This document shows positions 40,951 to 55,210 of a stretch of DNA of 64,000 bases, in pieces. The DNA comes from the human T2T-CHM13v2.0 reference genome, Homo sapiens. The stretch lies in the NCBI RefSeq assembly GCF_009914755.1, contig NC_060931.1; one strand, given 5' to 3'. The notes below the pieces were generated by a model, which was not told the DNA's origin, searched no databases, and saw only the letters and a list, made by a program, of their open reading frames with translations. Position 1 is the first letter of the stretch; every line of letters starts with the position of its first letter. The position numbers and the translations under genes are program-made.

Positions 40951-41440
40951 CTATTATTTTTCTTCTTGGAAATCCATTAATATATTCTGTCATAGGTGTT
41001 TCTCCAGTACCCACTTAGAATCAGTGTGGAGATCATGCACTCAATATTGTTGACCTTCAGCCCAATTGTCCAGAAATTGGTTTTAGAGTATCTGTGCCAA
41101 GGTGACCTGTGCTAGAAACTAAGCAGGCAAAATAGCACAACAATTCAGAAAGAAAAAACATCCTTCCAGAGAGTCTCCAAAAGATCTAATGTGACAACAC
41201 AACTTTTACAAGCAGTACAGAAAATGACCAGCAAAAGGAAAACATTAGTTTGTGATGTGATGTTACATAAATCATGGAATAACTTTTTAATGCAACCCAA
41301 GATTTGTTGCATATAACCCAGCTTCTGTTTGAATCCTGTGGTTTCTTCTCACATGTTATCGTGCACTAGTTCTGTTTTTTGTTTCTAGTTTTTCTTTGCA
41401 CTCAGCAATTCCATACCCATTCTCTCTTAAGGGGTGGCAT

Positions 41441-42947
41441 GGAAAAGCTCTATGGCATTGGTCTGTGTAATGATTTTTTGGACATAAACCTAAAAGCCTA
41501 GGCGACAAAAGCAAAAATAGACAAATGGGATCACATCAAACAAAAAAGCTTCTGCACAGCCAAGGAAACAATTAACATAGTGGAGAAAAAACAAAATGAG
41601 AGAAAATATTTGCAAACCATATATCTGCTAAGGGGTAAATATCCAAGATATACAGGGAACTCAAACAATTCAATAGTAAGAAAACAAATAACCCTATTTT
41701 TAAAAATGGGCAAAGGATCTGAATGGACATTTCTCAAAAGAAGACATACAAATGGACAACAGGTATATAAAAAATGCTCAAAATCACTAATCATCAGAGA
41801 AATGTAAATTAAAACAACTCACATCTATTAGGATGACTAGTAACAAAAAGCCAAAAAATAAGTGTTGGAGAGGATGTAGAGAAAAGGGAACCCTTGCACA
41901 CCAAACACTGTTGGTGAGAGTGTGAGTTAGTATAGCCGTTAAAAAAATCAATATGAAGGTTCTTCAAAAAAGTATAAATAGAGCTACCATATGATCTAGC
42001 AACAATATGATCCAGAAATCCCACTATGGGGTATATCTAAAGGAAATGAAATCAGGATGTTAAAGAGATATGTGCACTCCCATGTCCATTGCAGCATTAT
42101 TCACAATAGCCAAGATATTCGATCAACCTAAATGTCCATCAATAAATGAAGGAAGAAAACGTATTCAAACTTTAAAAGGGGGGAAGCCTTGTTATTTACA
42201 TCAACATGGATGAACCTGGAGGACATTATGTTAAGTGAAATAAGTCAGCACAGAAAGACGAATACCATATCATTTCATTCACGTACATGGAATCTAAAAC
42301 AAGTTGATCTCATTGAAGAGTAGAATGGTGGTTACCAGGGAATGGGAGCAGCTGGGGAGATATTAGTCAAAGGATACAAAATTCAAAATTCAATTTGATA
42401 GGAGAAATAATTTAAAGAGACCTATTTTAAAACATGGTGATTAGAGTTAATAACAATGTATTATATTCTTCAAAATTGCTAAGAGTAAATTTAAGTGTTT
42501 TTATTTAAAAAAAGTTTTTTAGAGACAAGTCTTGTTCTGTCTTCCAGGCTGGAGTGCATTGGTGCGATCTTGGCTTAGTGAAGCCTTGACCTTCTGGGCT
42601 CAGGCCATCCTCCCACCTCAGGTCCTCAAGTAGCTGGAACTACTACTAGACATGCACCACCCGCCCAGCTAATTTTATATTTTTTTGTAGAGATGGGGTT
42701 TTGCCATTTTGCCTAGGCTGGTCTTGAACTCCTAAGCAATTCTCAGCCTCCCAAAGTGCTGGGATTACAGGCGTGAGCCACCACACCCAGCCAAGTGTTC
42801 TTACCCCAAAAAAGTATCTTGATAATACATATGTTAATTAGCTCAATTTAGCCATTCCACAATGTATACATATTTCAAAAAATATGCTGTATATGACAAA
42901 TATATACAATTTTTATTTGTCAATTAAAAACCAACCAAACAAAAAAA
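41441..42947 (+). mobile_element. L1MA-type 3' fragment, interrupted by AluJ
   Basis: CAAAAGCAAAAATAGACAAATGGGA...; 3' end TAGCCATTCCACAATGTATACATATTTCAAAA. Confidence 0.85.
42515..42792 (-). mobile_element. AluJ nested in L1MA
   Basis: CTGGGCTCAGGCCATCCTCCCACCTCA (J-type); TSD AAGTGTT(T/C)TTA. Confidence 0.88.
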
Positions 42948-42959
42948 GAAGTTGCATGG

Positions 42960-43200
42960 ATCAGAGTGAGAAGCAACAGTGTATAAGTACACAGATTTTG
43001 GAACTGGAAATGCCTAGGTTTGAACTCTGGCTGTCACTAACTATAGGGATTTGGGTATGTCTGAATCTTTTAATAGCCATGTTAATGTTTATCTTTCAGA
43101 GTTGCTGTGAGTATTTGAGCCTAAAGTTTGAAGTAATGCATTAAAAGATTCAGCACACAACAGGTGCTGGATAAGTAATGGTCATCATTATTATTATTCT
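42960..43200 (+). mobile_element. MIR
   Basis: TGCCTAGGTTTGAACTCTGGCT...GTTGCTGTGAGTATT... Confidence 0.55.
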
Positions 43201-43236
43201 CACTCTCATTTTATTTTTCTTAAGACTGGTTTTATG

Positions 43237-43599
<363 letters not shown>

Positions 43600-45814
43600 T
43601 TAATAGCAGAAGACAATTCCAGATTTCACCCACTTGCCTATCCCAAAATCTAGAAAATCGTATTTCACTTTAAAGGTACATATCGGTAAAAAGTACACAC
43701 CAACATGAACATATTGGTTCTACAGTGCTTACTGAATGAAGAAGAAAGGTTTTGTTCATTTGTTGGCATCTGCCAAGTAGAGCATCGGCTAAAAGCATAG
43801 GAAATTTACCAAAAGGCGACTTATAGTGTGTCCCCTACCTGAGAATAAAAATAAAATATAAAATAATTGACAACCTAAAACATTTAAAAATCTTTAAATT
43901 TAACAATATATATTTGGTAGCCTTCTTAGTTGGGAAAAACTAGAAAACCAAAGAGCAAGAGTAAAAGAGAAAATTCATCTTAATGGTGAATTTGCTGGTA
44001 GTTTTAAATTTTTGTATTATATGCATATACTGCTTATTTAAAATGTTTTCAAGTAAAATACATCCACTCTGAATTATATTAGTGAACTAAATTTATATCA
44101 ATATTGCCCAATTTATTGCCCCTTTCAGTTTTATTATTCCCAACATTTCTTTTTTCTCTTTTAGCAGAAGAGCACACTGACTCAATTCTAAACATTTCCT
44201 TTCAAAAGTAGTGCTGAGTATCAGTCTTTCAATCCAGAAAAGTGGCTATCCTTTCAGTTTTGCCTCCAATTTGATTAAGCATTTTACCCAGCTTTGATCA
44301 TCTGAGGTTAGGAAAGAATTCACCTCCCTTCTGGATCTCTCCCCAGAGAGAAAAAACAAAGAAACTTCCTACTGGCTTTTAAGCCAACTATTTCTTATTA
44401 GCCACAGCTTTAGGCAGTTTATCCTGGGCCTGCACCCAGGACACATCTGGACACAGCAAGCTGAAACTCTCATTCTTCTCTCTTCACCTCTGAGAGTGGG
44501 AGATTGCTGGAGTGTGAACTGCCCTGATATTTTGTCCTTGTTCTTGGAACATATTAAGATATTGCCTCCTCGTTTTAGAGTCAGAATAAGACTAGGAGGG
44601 GAAAAAACAAAATTTACAATAAAAAGGCCATTTTAATTGTCCTTAACCCCAAGTAGTAGCAGTAGTTATAGTAATGGCCTCTGGATTCTCATTGCTACTG
44701 GATAGTTAGTGGAAAATTTAAGTCCTTCAAAACTTTGAAACCAGTATATACAAGATTCAGTGAAAACAAAGCAAAACAAAATCTTCAATTTATTCAAAGC
44801 CAAATGACTCCTACTTAGCCAGGACAAACCAAAGGTTTTCAATGTTTGGTAAAAAAGAATAAAATGAAGTCCTATCACTGTAACAGGTACAGTATTTGTA
44901 CTGTAGATCTTTGTGGATCTAAGAAAATCTGCATCTGACCTCTGTGTAGAGCTGAACATTAGAGGGAGTTAAGCGAAAGGGAAGGTATGAGGGTCTGTCA
45001 AACTCTCCACCCCTCACTTCTGTGCAAGGAACAGTAAGGTCTTTGCCTTGACCCTGGGAAGGCACACCCATCTTCACACCCCATTAGAGACCTCATTCTT
45101 TGTTTCTCCTCTGTTTCCTGCCCCACCTGCATATTTTGCATGGCTTAATTCTTGACCTTGCATTTTAAACTCATTAACCTCAAGGACTAAGTTCTATTTT
45201 TGATATGACCTCTCTTAATAGGTATGTTTTTTTTACTGCTCTGCTAGCTGGATTTCTGCTTTTCACTTTACCTACCAGCTATTTGATTTTCAGCAAAGTT
45301 TCTACTTTTTGTCTTCCCTTCCTAGCAATAAAATAAACATGGCAACAGTGCCTGTCTCATAGAGTTTTGGGGAGGATTAAATGAGATAGAAGACACACCA
45401 TTCTTAGAACAGTGCCTGATATGAAGGAAGTGCTATATGGGTCAGATGTTATAATTTTTATAAGAAATTTCACTTTTTTCACTTTCTGATTTTTAACTTT
45501 CACGTATTTTCTTGAATTTTAATTTTAGCATTATCTTGCATCTTTTTCTTTCTCTTCTCAGGTTGCTAAGTCTATTATTTTAAATCATTATATTCGATTT
45601 GGTCTACTTTCCTGTTAGAGTTTTCCAATGGTTTATTTTAATTACTAGTTTTAGGACTTTCTTCTCCTTAGGTTTTGTTGACACCCTCTACTTTCCTCTT
45701 TTTCTTTTTGGTTGGTTGGATTGGTGGTGGTGTTGGTGGGGGCACATGTGGATTGTTATTATGGTGGTGTGATTTTTAATAATTTGTTTTAATTGTGATC
45801 AAAAAGCAGTCTAG

Positions 45815-45979
45815 AGAAGTGATTAGTAAACTTCAATGTGTCTCAGAATAATCTAAATAGTTTGTTAAAGTAGACTGATGGCACCATGCTCAGAGTTTCA
45901 ACTCGGAAACTAACATGTCTAACAGGTTCCCAGGTGGTGCTGATGCTATTGGTTGGTGACCACATTCTGAGAACCACTG
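45815..45979. mobile_element. MER5A
   Basis: TCTAACAGGTTCCCAGGTGGTGCTGATGCT...GACCACATTCTGAGAACCACTG. Confidence 0.8.
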
Positions 45980-47654
45980 GTCTGAGGGAGTGTGAACAGG
46001 GGAGAGTGTTTATTATACTAGAGAAAACCCTTTCCATGTACCCTCAACCAGTTTGGTTTATTTCACCAGTGGTTAGAACTGGTTCAGTTTATTTAACCAA
46101 ATAAACCCAACATGCTTTATTTTATTCTCCCCAACATATTCCACTCCCTGCTCAGTGTGGACTTTTCCCAGCCACCCTCTGTATATGGGTCATTGATTTA
46201 CTGAAAAGTTATCTATTCAAACCTCACACCACCCCCTTTATGAGAAAATCTGTGACTTTGAATCCATGGTATCCAAAATATATAATGATTGGATTTTAGA
46301 AAAACCTTAGCAATGTGTGCCACGAGGGAAAAGCAAGGTGAACTTCATACCCAATAATACACTGTTAAGTCCTTACTCTTATGAGGAGCCAGGGGTAATG
46401 GAGTTCCCAGACGACCCCCTGGGAATGCTATGGTACAAGTCAGGTTCCTGTTACTTCTTTTAAACAGTCACTTTTAATAAAACTTTGGGAGGACAGTGGT
46501 AGAGACAACTAAAATACCCATGATTACCCATCTTTGTGTCCTCTCTTTCTTCTGGGGATAACTATTTCCCCAGAGCATATATGCATTTTTCCCATGCATG
46601 TTCACATAATTTTATTATCTACATGTCTTCCAATATTAGTATTATTATGTATTATATGTTATTTACATATTTGGTATCTTTTTTCCCACTTTCAGATGAT
46701 CCATGTTTCCCTTCTACTTCTATTACCCTGTTCCCAAATCCCCTCAGTCCCCCAGATTCTGGAATAAACAGAATTACAGAGAAATAACTGAACTATGCTT
46801 TTCTAGTCCCTTTTCTTTGTCCCTAGAGAGCAAAGGATGTTATCCTGAGCACACTAGAGTCCCTTAAGGGATACTTTTATCAAATTTGGGTCCAGATCAT
46901 AATGATAACTCTGATAACAGTTTCCTCCTTATTCCTTATCTCCTGTTGGCTTTATTTCCTCCACTGAGAGACAGATTTTCCCCATGAAGGAACTTTTCTC
47001 CAATATCAAATAACCATCTGCCTTCCTCCTACCTCTTATGTTCTGCCATCTCAAACATACCACAAAGTTTCAGAAAGTGGGCAGTCACTTCACTGTCTCC
47101 AGGTACAGAGATCTGATCCAGTGCCTGATTCCTGCCGTGTCACTAGCCCATAGGGGAAACAGTCAGAAATCCTGCAGATTCACCCACCACCTCTGCCCAG
47201 GTGGGCTCAAGCCGGGTGGATGTGGAGTGCACTGGTTTTCAGGAGGTGGCACTCTGGCAGGCCACAGACACACAACATCACCAAGGAGTATGGCTTTTTA
47301 AGCCTGGTAGACCTGGAGCATGATCTGCATTCTCCAAAAGTCCCCCCTTGGATTTTAGCCAGTTGGGAATCTGACATGAAGATCTCCAAAATGTTGAGGG
47401 CTTTTAATATTAATCACCTGCTAAAGTTCTGAATTTTACGTCATCCATTTCCCTGTATGTCGCCTTTTAGGCCTTTTAGTCCTCTAGCCATCATGGGAAA
47501 AAATCTCTTCCAGAGATACAGATCAATCCACCATCCTTACTTCTTTCACATTTAGGGCTACTGCTGCAAAATTGCCTAACACATCCGGAAAGAAATATTT
47601 TCTTGTGATTTCTGATCTTACTTATTGGCAGGCTGAATATCATGTCTCCATGTT

Positions 47655-47790
47655 AAAGTAAGCATATAGTTTATCACCTAGCCTGGAACATTTTTGAGGT
47701 GACAAATGCTACACCAGTTGGAGTGCTAGTACATCAGGAGAATGTCAGGACAGTCCAGACAAACCAGAATGCACAGGCATGGCCATCCTA
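47655..47790. mobile_element. MER81/MER94-like hAT-Blackjack MITE
   Basis: CAGGACAGTCCAGACAAACCAGAA...ATGGCCATCCTA terminus. Confidence 0.55.
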
Positions 47791-48330
47791 CATAATGTGC
47801 ACGTTCCCTTTCCAAAAGGAAATGTGCAGAAGCAGCTTTCAGTAAACAAGTTGTTGTGTCACCCCTGCCAGGATGATGCTTCTATTTGCAGCTCCAGGAA
47901 GTCTTGACACTGGCTACACTGCACAAAATATATTTGCACACATGTGGGATTTGTAGTCCAACTCCCTGGTTTCTCTGGGTAGATAAATCTATACAAGTCT
48001 GTTACAAATAGAAACTTCATTATCTGTGCACTGCATGCTTCAGCCTTGGCTCAAAATGTAGGGATCTGCATTGTTTCCTTTTTCTAGGGAAAGCGTTGGC
48101 TACTTTAACTTTTCTGCCCTCTCTCAGAACTGCCAAGGAAGGATTTTAGCAACTCTCAATTACTAGCAACTCATCATGCAAAGAGGAATGACTTAACTGA
48201 TTGGGTAGACTAGGGAGAAACCAGTATCTATAAGGCCACATTTCTCAATTGATCAGGGGTAATAATAATAATACCTAATATTTATTGAGTATTTCCTATT
48301 TGCCAGCGACTTTACATGTTTCTGTATGGT

Positions 48331-48775
48331 GCATTAGTTTCCTGTGGCTGTTGTAACAAACTACCACAAACTTTGTGACTTAAAACTACAGAGATTTATT
48401 CTTTTACAGTTCTGTACACCAGAAGTTTGAGATCAAGGTGTCTGCAAGGCTGCACTCCCTGTAGAAGCTCTAGTGGACAATCAGTTCTTAGCCTTTTCCA
48501 GCTTCTGGTGGCTGTTACCATTCCTTTACTTGTGGCTGCATCACTCCAATCTCTGACTTCATGGTCACTTTGCCTCTTCCTCTTTGTCTGATATTCCTCT
48601 GCCTCATGCTTCTAAGGAACTCATTTATTAAAATATAAGGCCTACCCAGATAGTCCAGGATGGCCACCTTTTCTTAAGATAATTACACCTGCAAAGACCT
48701 TTTCTCCAAATAAGGTAACATTCCCAGATTCTGAAAATTAGGATGTGGACATATCTTCTTGGGACAATCCTTCAT
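48331..48775 (-). mobile_element. MLT1C-like LTR nested in a MIR (about 48255-48965)
   Basis: TGCATTAGTTTCCTGTGGCTGTTGTAACAAACTACCACAAAC...CCAAATAAGGTAACATTC. Confidence 0.85.
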
Positions 48776-48970
48776 GGTCCCTTCATGGGTTATCTCTCTA
48801 AATTCTCACAATGTAAGTCTAGAAGATGGGTACTCATAATACCACTTCTATTTTTCCAGTGGGGAAATAGGGCTTACTTTCTAAGGTCACACAGCCAATC
48901 AGTAGAGGAGCCAGGATTTGTACTCAGGAAGCTGGACTACAGCATCCACATTCCTAACCATGATGTTAAG

Positions 48971-49042
48971 AACACTACAAAATAGGTGCTCAATAAGCAA
49001 ATACCAAGCTTATTGAGTTGGTGTCATTGGGACATTGTAGGA
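48971..49042 (+). repeat. Composite short duplicate of 50318-50335 and 50493-50535 with an inverted linker
   Basis: 18/18 direct match, a 10-nt reverse-complement segment, then a 42/43 direct match. Confidence 0.9.
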
Positions 49043-50219
49043 GTTCATACACGGCCTTCTTTCTATGTCTTTCACTTTCTCTTATACCCTTTTCCTTGTA
49101 AATTAAAAAGGATCAGAATTATTACTTCTGGCCTCCATATGGTAAAAAGCCCTAGTAGCAGCCCTACCTTTGGACCAAGAAGCTTAAGACAAAGCATAAA
49201 GGCCCACATTCTCCAAATTCTCTTGATATGCTGCAGTTTTTGTCAGAGAGATAATTGTATGTATATGTGTATGTTTTATATTATATAATAAAATATGTGC
49301 GTTGCTCAAAACAAACTGCTTAGTAAAATTACCAGAGCTTATGAGAAAATGGAATAGGGCAGACCACTCAAAACTTGGTGACCAACACACTAAAAAACAA
49401 GCCAATGAAAACAAAACAATAATTAGCATCTCAGAGAAAACTTGGACTGCCCAGAGAGGCAGCTCAGCCTGGCTGGAGGCTGCCACAGAAGATATTTAAA
49501 ATGTATGCACAAAAAACTACCAGCAGAGTAAAAAAGCTGGACATATGGCTTACTTTGTTTCTTAATTTATTCTACAAACCCACCCCTGTTGGAGCTGCTC
49601 ACATGTGTGTGCCTACCCCCTCCCATTCCTGGCAGGTCTGCAGGGCCCGACCTGCAGGAGCTGAGGCACACAAGGCCTGCTTCCACTTGCTCTATTCCAG
49701 CAGGAGTCAATGACAGACTTTATCCTCAAAATGAAAGAGCAAACATGAGTGCTGTCTTCTTAGGCTATTTTATTCTGCTACATATATTTCTGTGATGTGA
49801 CTTAGCTTATACACAATTAGTAAATAGGGGAGTGATATCAGGTTAACGCAGATGTCAAATTGGTTCATTCTCAACTTTTCCTTAGCCAAAGGAGGGTAGA
49901 AGAATTATAACCTTCTGTAGGAAAGAAAAACACTCTGCTTCTGCAGTGGCAACAGAAACATATTTAGCTTTAATTTTTTAAATGTAAAACTAATATCTGG
50001 ACTCTTAGAGAGGAGTCCTGGACTTTGCATAGCTTTTGGCTGGTCATGCCACCTCAAGTGCCCACCTTGAAGGCAGACCCAGAGACTTTGAGCTCCAATT
50101 CTACCCATATTGTCTTAGCGTCATACAGCACTGCTCCCCTCTTATGTCTATTCTCAATTGGTGCAAAAAGGAGAAAACACAGGCTCTGCTACAGGTAAAG
50201 CTGAATCCCATCATGGCAA

Positions 50220-50410
50220 TCATCACAATAACAGCAACAGGCACTCAGAGAGTCCTTACTATTGTTACATGCTCTTGTGTATGAGTGTATTAAATCAGCT
50301 CATTTAATCCTCAACACAACACTACAAAATAGGTGTTTTCAGCTGAAGAATAAGACCTGGGAAGGGTACATGATTTAGCTAAGGCCATTATTATTAAACT
50401 GGCACAGCTT
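50220..50410 (-). mobile_element. MIR
   Basis: CTCATTTAATCCTCAACACAAC...TGATTTAGCTAAGGCCA. Confidence 0.6.
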
Positions 50411-52174
50411 GGAAAAGAAGTAAAAAGTTCTAGAGTTGAAATGATAGTTTAGGGTATTGGGGTTAGAGGTTAAAGGCAGGAAAAAAAGAGCTAATACCAA
50501 GCTTATTGAGTTGGTGTCATGGGGACATTGTAGGATCAACTTAGATAAACTAGAATTTGGAAAAGTGCTATGGGATTATAAATGTTATCCTGAGGCTGCT
50601 CAGATAATTGATAGATGACTAAACATACTATTTTTAAAAATCACATAACAAAATGAATTCAAGTTATTCTTCAACTAGAATAGCAGCCTAGAACAATTCT
50701 TAAATGTATAAAAAACGGTATGTCTGATAGAAGAGTTAAACTATTCCGTAAGGGTTAAACAAATTTATCCTCCCTATTATTCTTTATAACTTGATTCAAA
50801 ATGATTGAATGGTACTTTCAGATGAGCTGGATACAGACTCATATAGAACAGAGAAATATTGTTTTGTATTCCAATGATGCGGTTATATTATCTTAATTCG
50901 TGAATGGCCTGAACAAACAACTGACTCTGCAAGCTCATTATTGCCATAAAACCGAGTTGTAGCTCAACTTTTCAAATGTGAAAATAATTACTTTTAGAAG
51001 GATGTCCCAGAACTTTTAACCAGTTTATAAAGTACAAGCCCATACAACAAGTCATCTTGATGAACATTTCACAAACAGGGCATCTCTTTGGAGAGTATGT
51101 GAGGAAGTAGAGCTGTTCAAAGTTGGATAATATATAGATGGTAAAAGGACAGTTTAAAAAATTTTTGCTTTTGTGACTGTTTTCTGAATACAGCATCTGG
51201 TTATACTGCTTTAAATTGTTTTCAAGCTAAATCAATTGTTGCCATGCTACACAGAGCAGAACTTTTGGATTTGATTTTATATTAATCTGCATGCTGGAAC
51301 TAATCTAAAATTATATTTTGGGGAGTACTTTAGCCCTCTGCAGGTATTTTCCTAACTCGCCTCAAGGGGAAGAGATACAAAGACCAGCAGAGTAGCACAT
51401 AGAAGTGGGTACATATCTGCTTTTCACCATACCCTTTTTACTCTTTTTAAATTCCAATCCTAATATATCCCATCTGGTCACATTTCATGTCTTATAATAT
51501 AAGTAACTATAAATCACTTTTTAAAGAAACTGAGGTATAAATAAATTGTAAAAGAAATTAAATATATTTTTAATACATTAGTTCAAATATATTTCTTCAA
51601 ATACAAGTTCAATTGCTGGCATAAACATACACACATACACATTGAAGTATCTCCAAAATTTGCATAAGAAGTTGTTCTCCCAGTTGAACAACTGAATTGT
51701 TTACTGAATCTAAGGTTCCAGATCTTAGATTACAAACCATATTTAAAACCTCTAGACACTAAATATTTTATTTTCCCAAAAAAGGAAATTTGCAATAGCC
51801 ACCTTTCCTAAGAATACAGTATTCTCTTTCCAATAAGGCATAATTTTATCTTGAAACAAGAAAGTTGCATGCACATTTAATGCACTATTTTAAAGTATAT
51901 CTGTAGCTATCATACTTCTTTGCAGGAATGGCTAATACACAATAAGTCATCTTCCTCAGTTGGTCTTCTACCTGACAAAAGGCTAAACTTTTCCCCTCAC
52001 TTCTATTAGCTTGATACACTGAAGCTAATGTCTAGTCCTCAGAATGTAAGCCCTTTTACTAAAAGGGTAAGACTAAAACTTACAGTCACAAGTTTAACTA
52101 TTTCCACCAGTCCTAACTTTGGGCCTTATTCTTCAAATGGAACATGAAAGGATTTTTTTGTTTCATTATCTGAC

Positions 52175-52688
52175 AAAATACCTCTCTAAGTTTATTTTCC
52201 CCCAGGAGGAAGAGTCACAGAGGATATTTTTAGTACAGGTAGTTTATTTGGGTGGTGATCCTAGGACATAGGAATGAGAGACCAGAAAATTTAGTTCACA
52301 AAATAGGAAAAGCCAACATAAAGGTTCACTGCCACAGTTTTCACTGTGGACAAAATGAGCTCAATTCACCAGGACCTACTGAGAAGCACACATCATGCTT
52401 CCCAGAATCATATTCCTAAAGGACAAGAGGCTGGAACATTGATCCACCAGCTTCCATCTCCTATTGCTTTAAAGCTATCCTGGTAATTAACTCACCCGTA
52501 CTTTCAGGTTCCCCAGCATCAGGGAAGGATTAGAGGCAGAAAGCAGAAAAATACTGCCTCTCTTGAGGTGGGAAATGCAAAGTCAATCTGAGCTTGCATA
52601 GACATGTATACCACAGCTACAGCTAAAATCAGAGGTAGGCCTAGGTAATGAAATTCAGTGTTCCAGGGGTGTCTAAAAGCACCCAAAT
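52175..52688 (-). mobile_element. LTR33-like ERVL LTR
   Basis: CAGGTAGTTTATTTGGGTGGTGATCCTAGGA motif; boundaries approximate. Confidence 0.5.
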
Positions 52689-53120
52689 GTGGTGGTAGAT
52701 GGTTAATGTGGCGACCTCCAGTGAACCACACCTCTTAGATGGCTCTTATAAGAGCAGTCACAAGTTTAGCCCTTCTGCTGTCTCTGGGCTGAGCTTCTTA
52801 CTGCTCTAATAGGATACAAGAGAACTGATGCTGTGCCTATTATAGGCTGAGCCCTTAACTGATCTGGCAGCTTCTACTTCCTGCTTCTTGAAATGCTTAC
52901 TCTTGGAACCCAACCTCTATGACTTGAGGCCCCCTGGCTTAGAGCTCTAGCGGGGCTCCTGGTCAATTCTCCAAATGACTAATGCTGTCTCAACAGGCAA
53001 TACCATGTGCAGCAGCAGAACTGCTGTCAAGCCATGAAATCACAAGCTATAATAAAACATTATTTTATGCCATTACATTTTATGGTGTTTATTTTATTCA
53101 ACAATCAATAGCCAAAATAT
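52689..53120 (+). mobile_element. MLT1G/H-like LTR
   Basis: TGTGGTGG start; CTGGCAGCTTCTACTTCCTGCTTCTTG...CTCTTGGAACCC. Confidence 0.6.
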
Positions 53121-54634
53121 CAGTCAAGAAACCTTGAATAAAATAGTGTTCCCAAAGTCCCTAGAAGGGACAGCTGTGTCTTCTATAACACGACTATTGG
53201 AGAACTACATTTTCTAGTTTTGCCTATTTCTTACCTAGTCATATGGTAACCCTTATCTTATCCTTGCCTATCAGTTATAGCTGTGGAGGATTCAGAATAA
53301 TTTTAACGCTTCTGACAGAAAATACTTTTGATATCTCTTGCCAAATTACTTAGCATTATTGTGTAATAGATTTTCATGTATGCTCCAATTTTCTTCCTCA
53401 GTGTGGATGGTTACAGAGTTACCAGATTCATTAAATGTTCATTCAACAAAAAGTCATTTAAAATTCATTGAACAAATATTTATTGAGTACACACTATGTG
53501 GCAGGCATTTTTCTAGGTACTGGCATTATGAAAATTAACAAAATAGAGAAAAAACCCTGTTTTCTTGAAGAGAGGAGATTGACAATAAGCAGAATAAATA
53601 CAGAGAATATTCAGTATTTAGAGAGTGGTGTTAAGAAGAAAACTAAAGCAGGGAAGGGATGATGAAAATATTAAAGGGTGGATGTTAAAATTTTAGATTA
53701 GTGGCCCAAGATGGCACTGAGAAGACGGCATTTGAGGAAAGGCCTTGAGGAAAAGAGAGATGGAACAACAAGGAAATCTACCAGAAAAGCGGAGAGAACA
53801 GCAAGAACAAAGAACTTGAGACAAAACTGTGCCTGATGTATTCAAGAAACAGTGATGAGGCTATTGTGGCTGGAAGTGAGTGAGTGAGGGAATAGTAGTA
53901 AAAGACAAGGTCTAAGAGTTGATGGGGAACTAGGTCATACAGGATCTTTTAGTCATAGTTAGGATTTTGGCTTTAATTTTGGTTGAGAATGGAAATCACT
54001 GGAGAGTTTGGGCAGAAGGGTAATATGATCTGACTAAGTGTTTTAAAGGATCATTCTGGCTTCTGTGTTAAAAACAGGTATGGGTAAAGGGACAAAAGAA
54101 GATTCAAGAAAATCAATCAAGAGATAATTGCAATAATCCAGGCAAGAGGACAATGACTTGTACCAGAATGGTAATAGTACAGGTGGTGAGAAGTGGAGAG
54201 ATTAGACAGATTCTGGATGTAACTGAAAATACAGCCAGGCAATGGGATTTCCTAACAGATCAGAAGTGAGGTGTGATTAAAAAAAGAGAGGCATTAAACA
54301 TTACTCCAAAGTTTGAGCCTGAGCAACAGGATGAATGAAGTTTCCATTAACTGACGTGAGGATGTTTGAGGGTTTACTGTTACACATGTTAATTTTGAGA
54401 TGGCTATTAAACCTACAACTGAAGATGTTGAGGAGGAAGTGTTATCAACAAGACTGGAATTCAGGATAGAGGTTCCAGCTAGAGCTATAAATCTGGGAAT
54501 CATCAGCATATGGTATTTAAAACCATAAGACTGGATTAAATCACTAAAAGATTGAGTATAGATAGAAAAAACAAGGGGTCTACAGACTAAGTATTAGGTA
54601 TTCTAAACTGTAGAGGTTGGTAGGGAAAGGGCAT

Positions 54635-55210
<576 letters not shown>

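Noticed and set aside
44145-45565. Strong polypyrimidine-AG acceptors near 44164 and 45561
   Set aside because: No convincing paired donor or reading frame; such sites are frequent in T-rich DNA
46130-47440. Possible old repeat or regulatory segment with a moderately GC-richer end
   Set aside because: No family or motif I could support
49632-49660. Overlapping GCAGGTC/GACCTGC and CTGCAGG/CCTGCAG inverted repeats
   Set aside because: 7-bp arms are expected by chance in 64 kb
48971-50535. Spaced short repeats read as a CRISPR-like array
   Set aside because: Only two copies of each unit, no regular spacers, eukaryotic context and no cas-like genes
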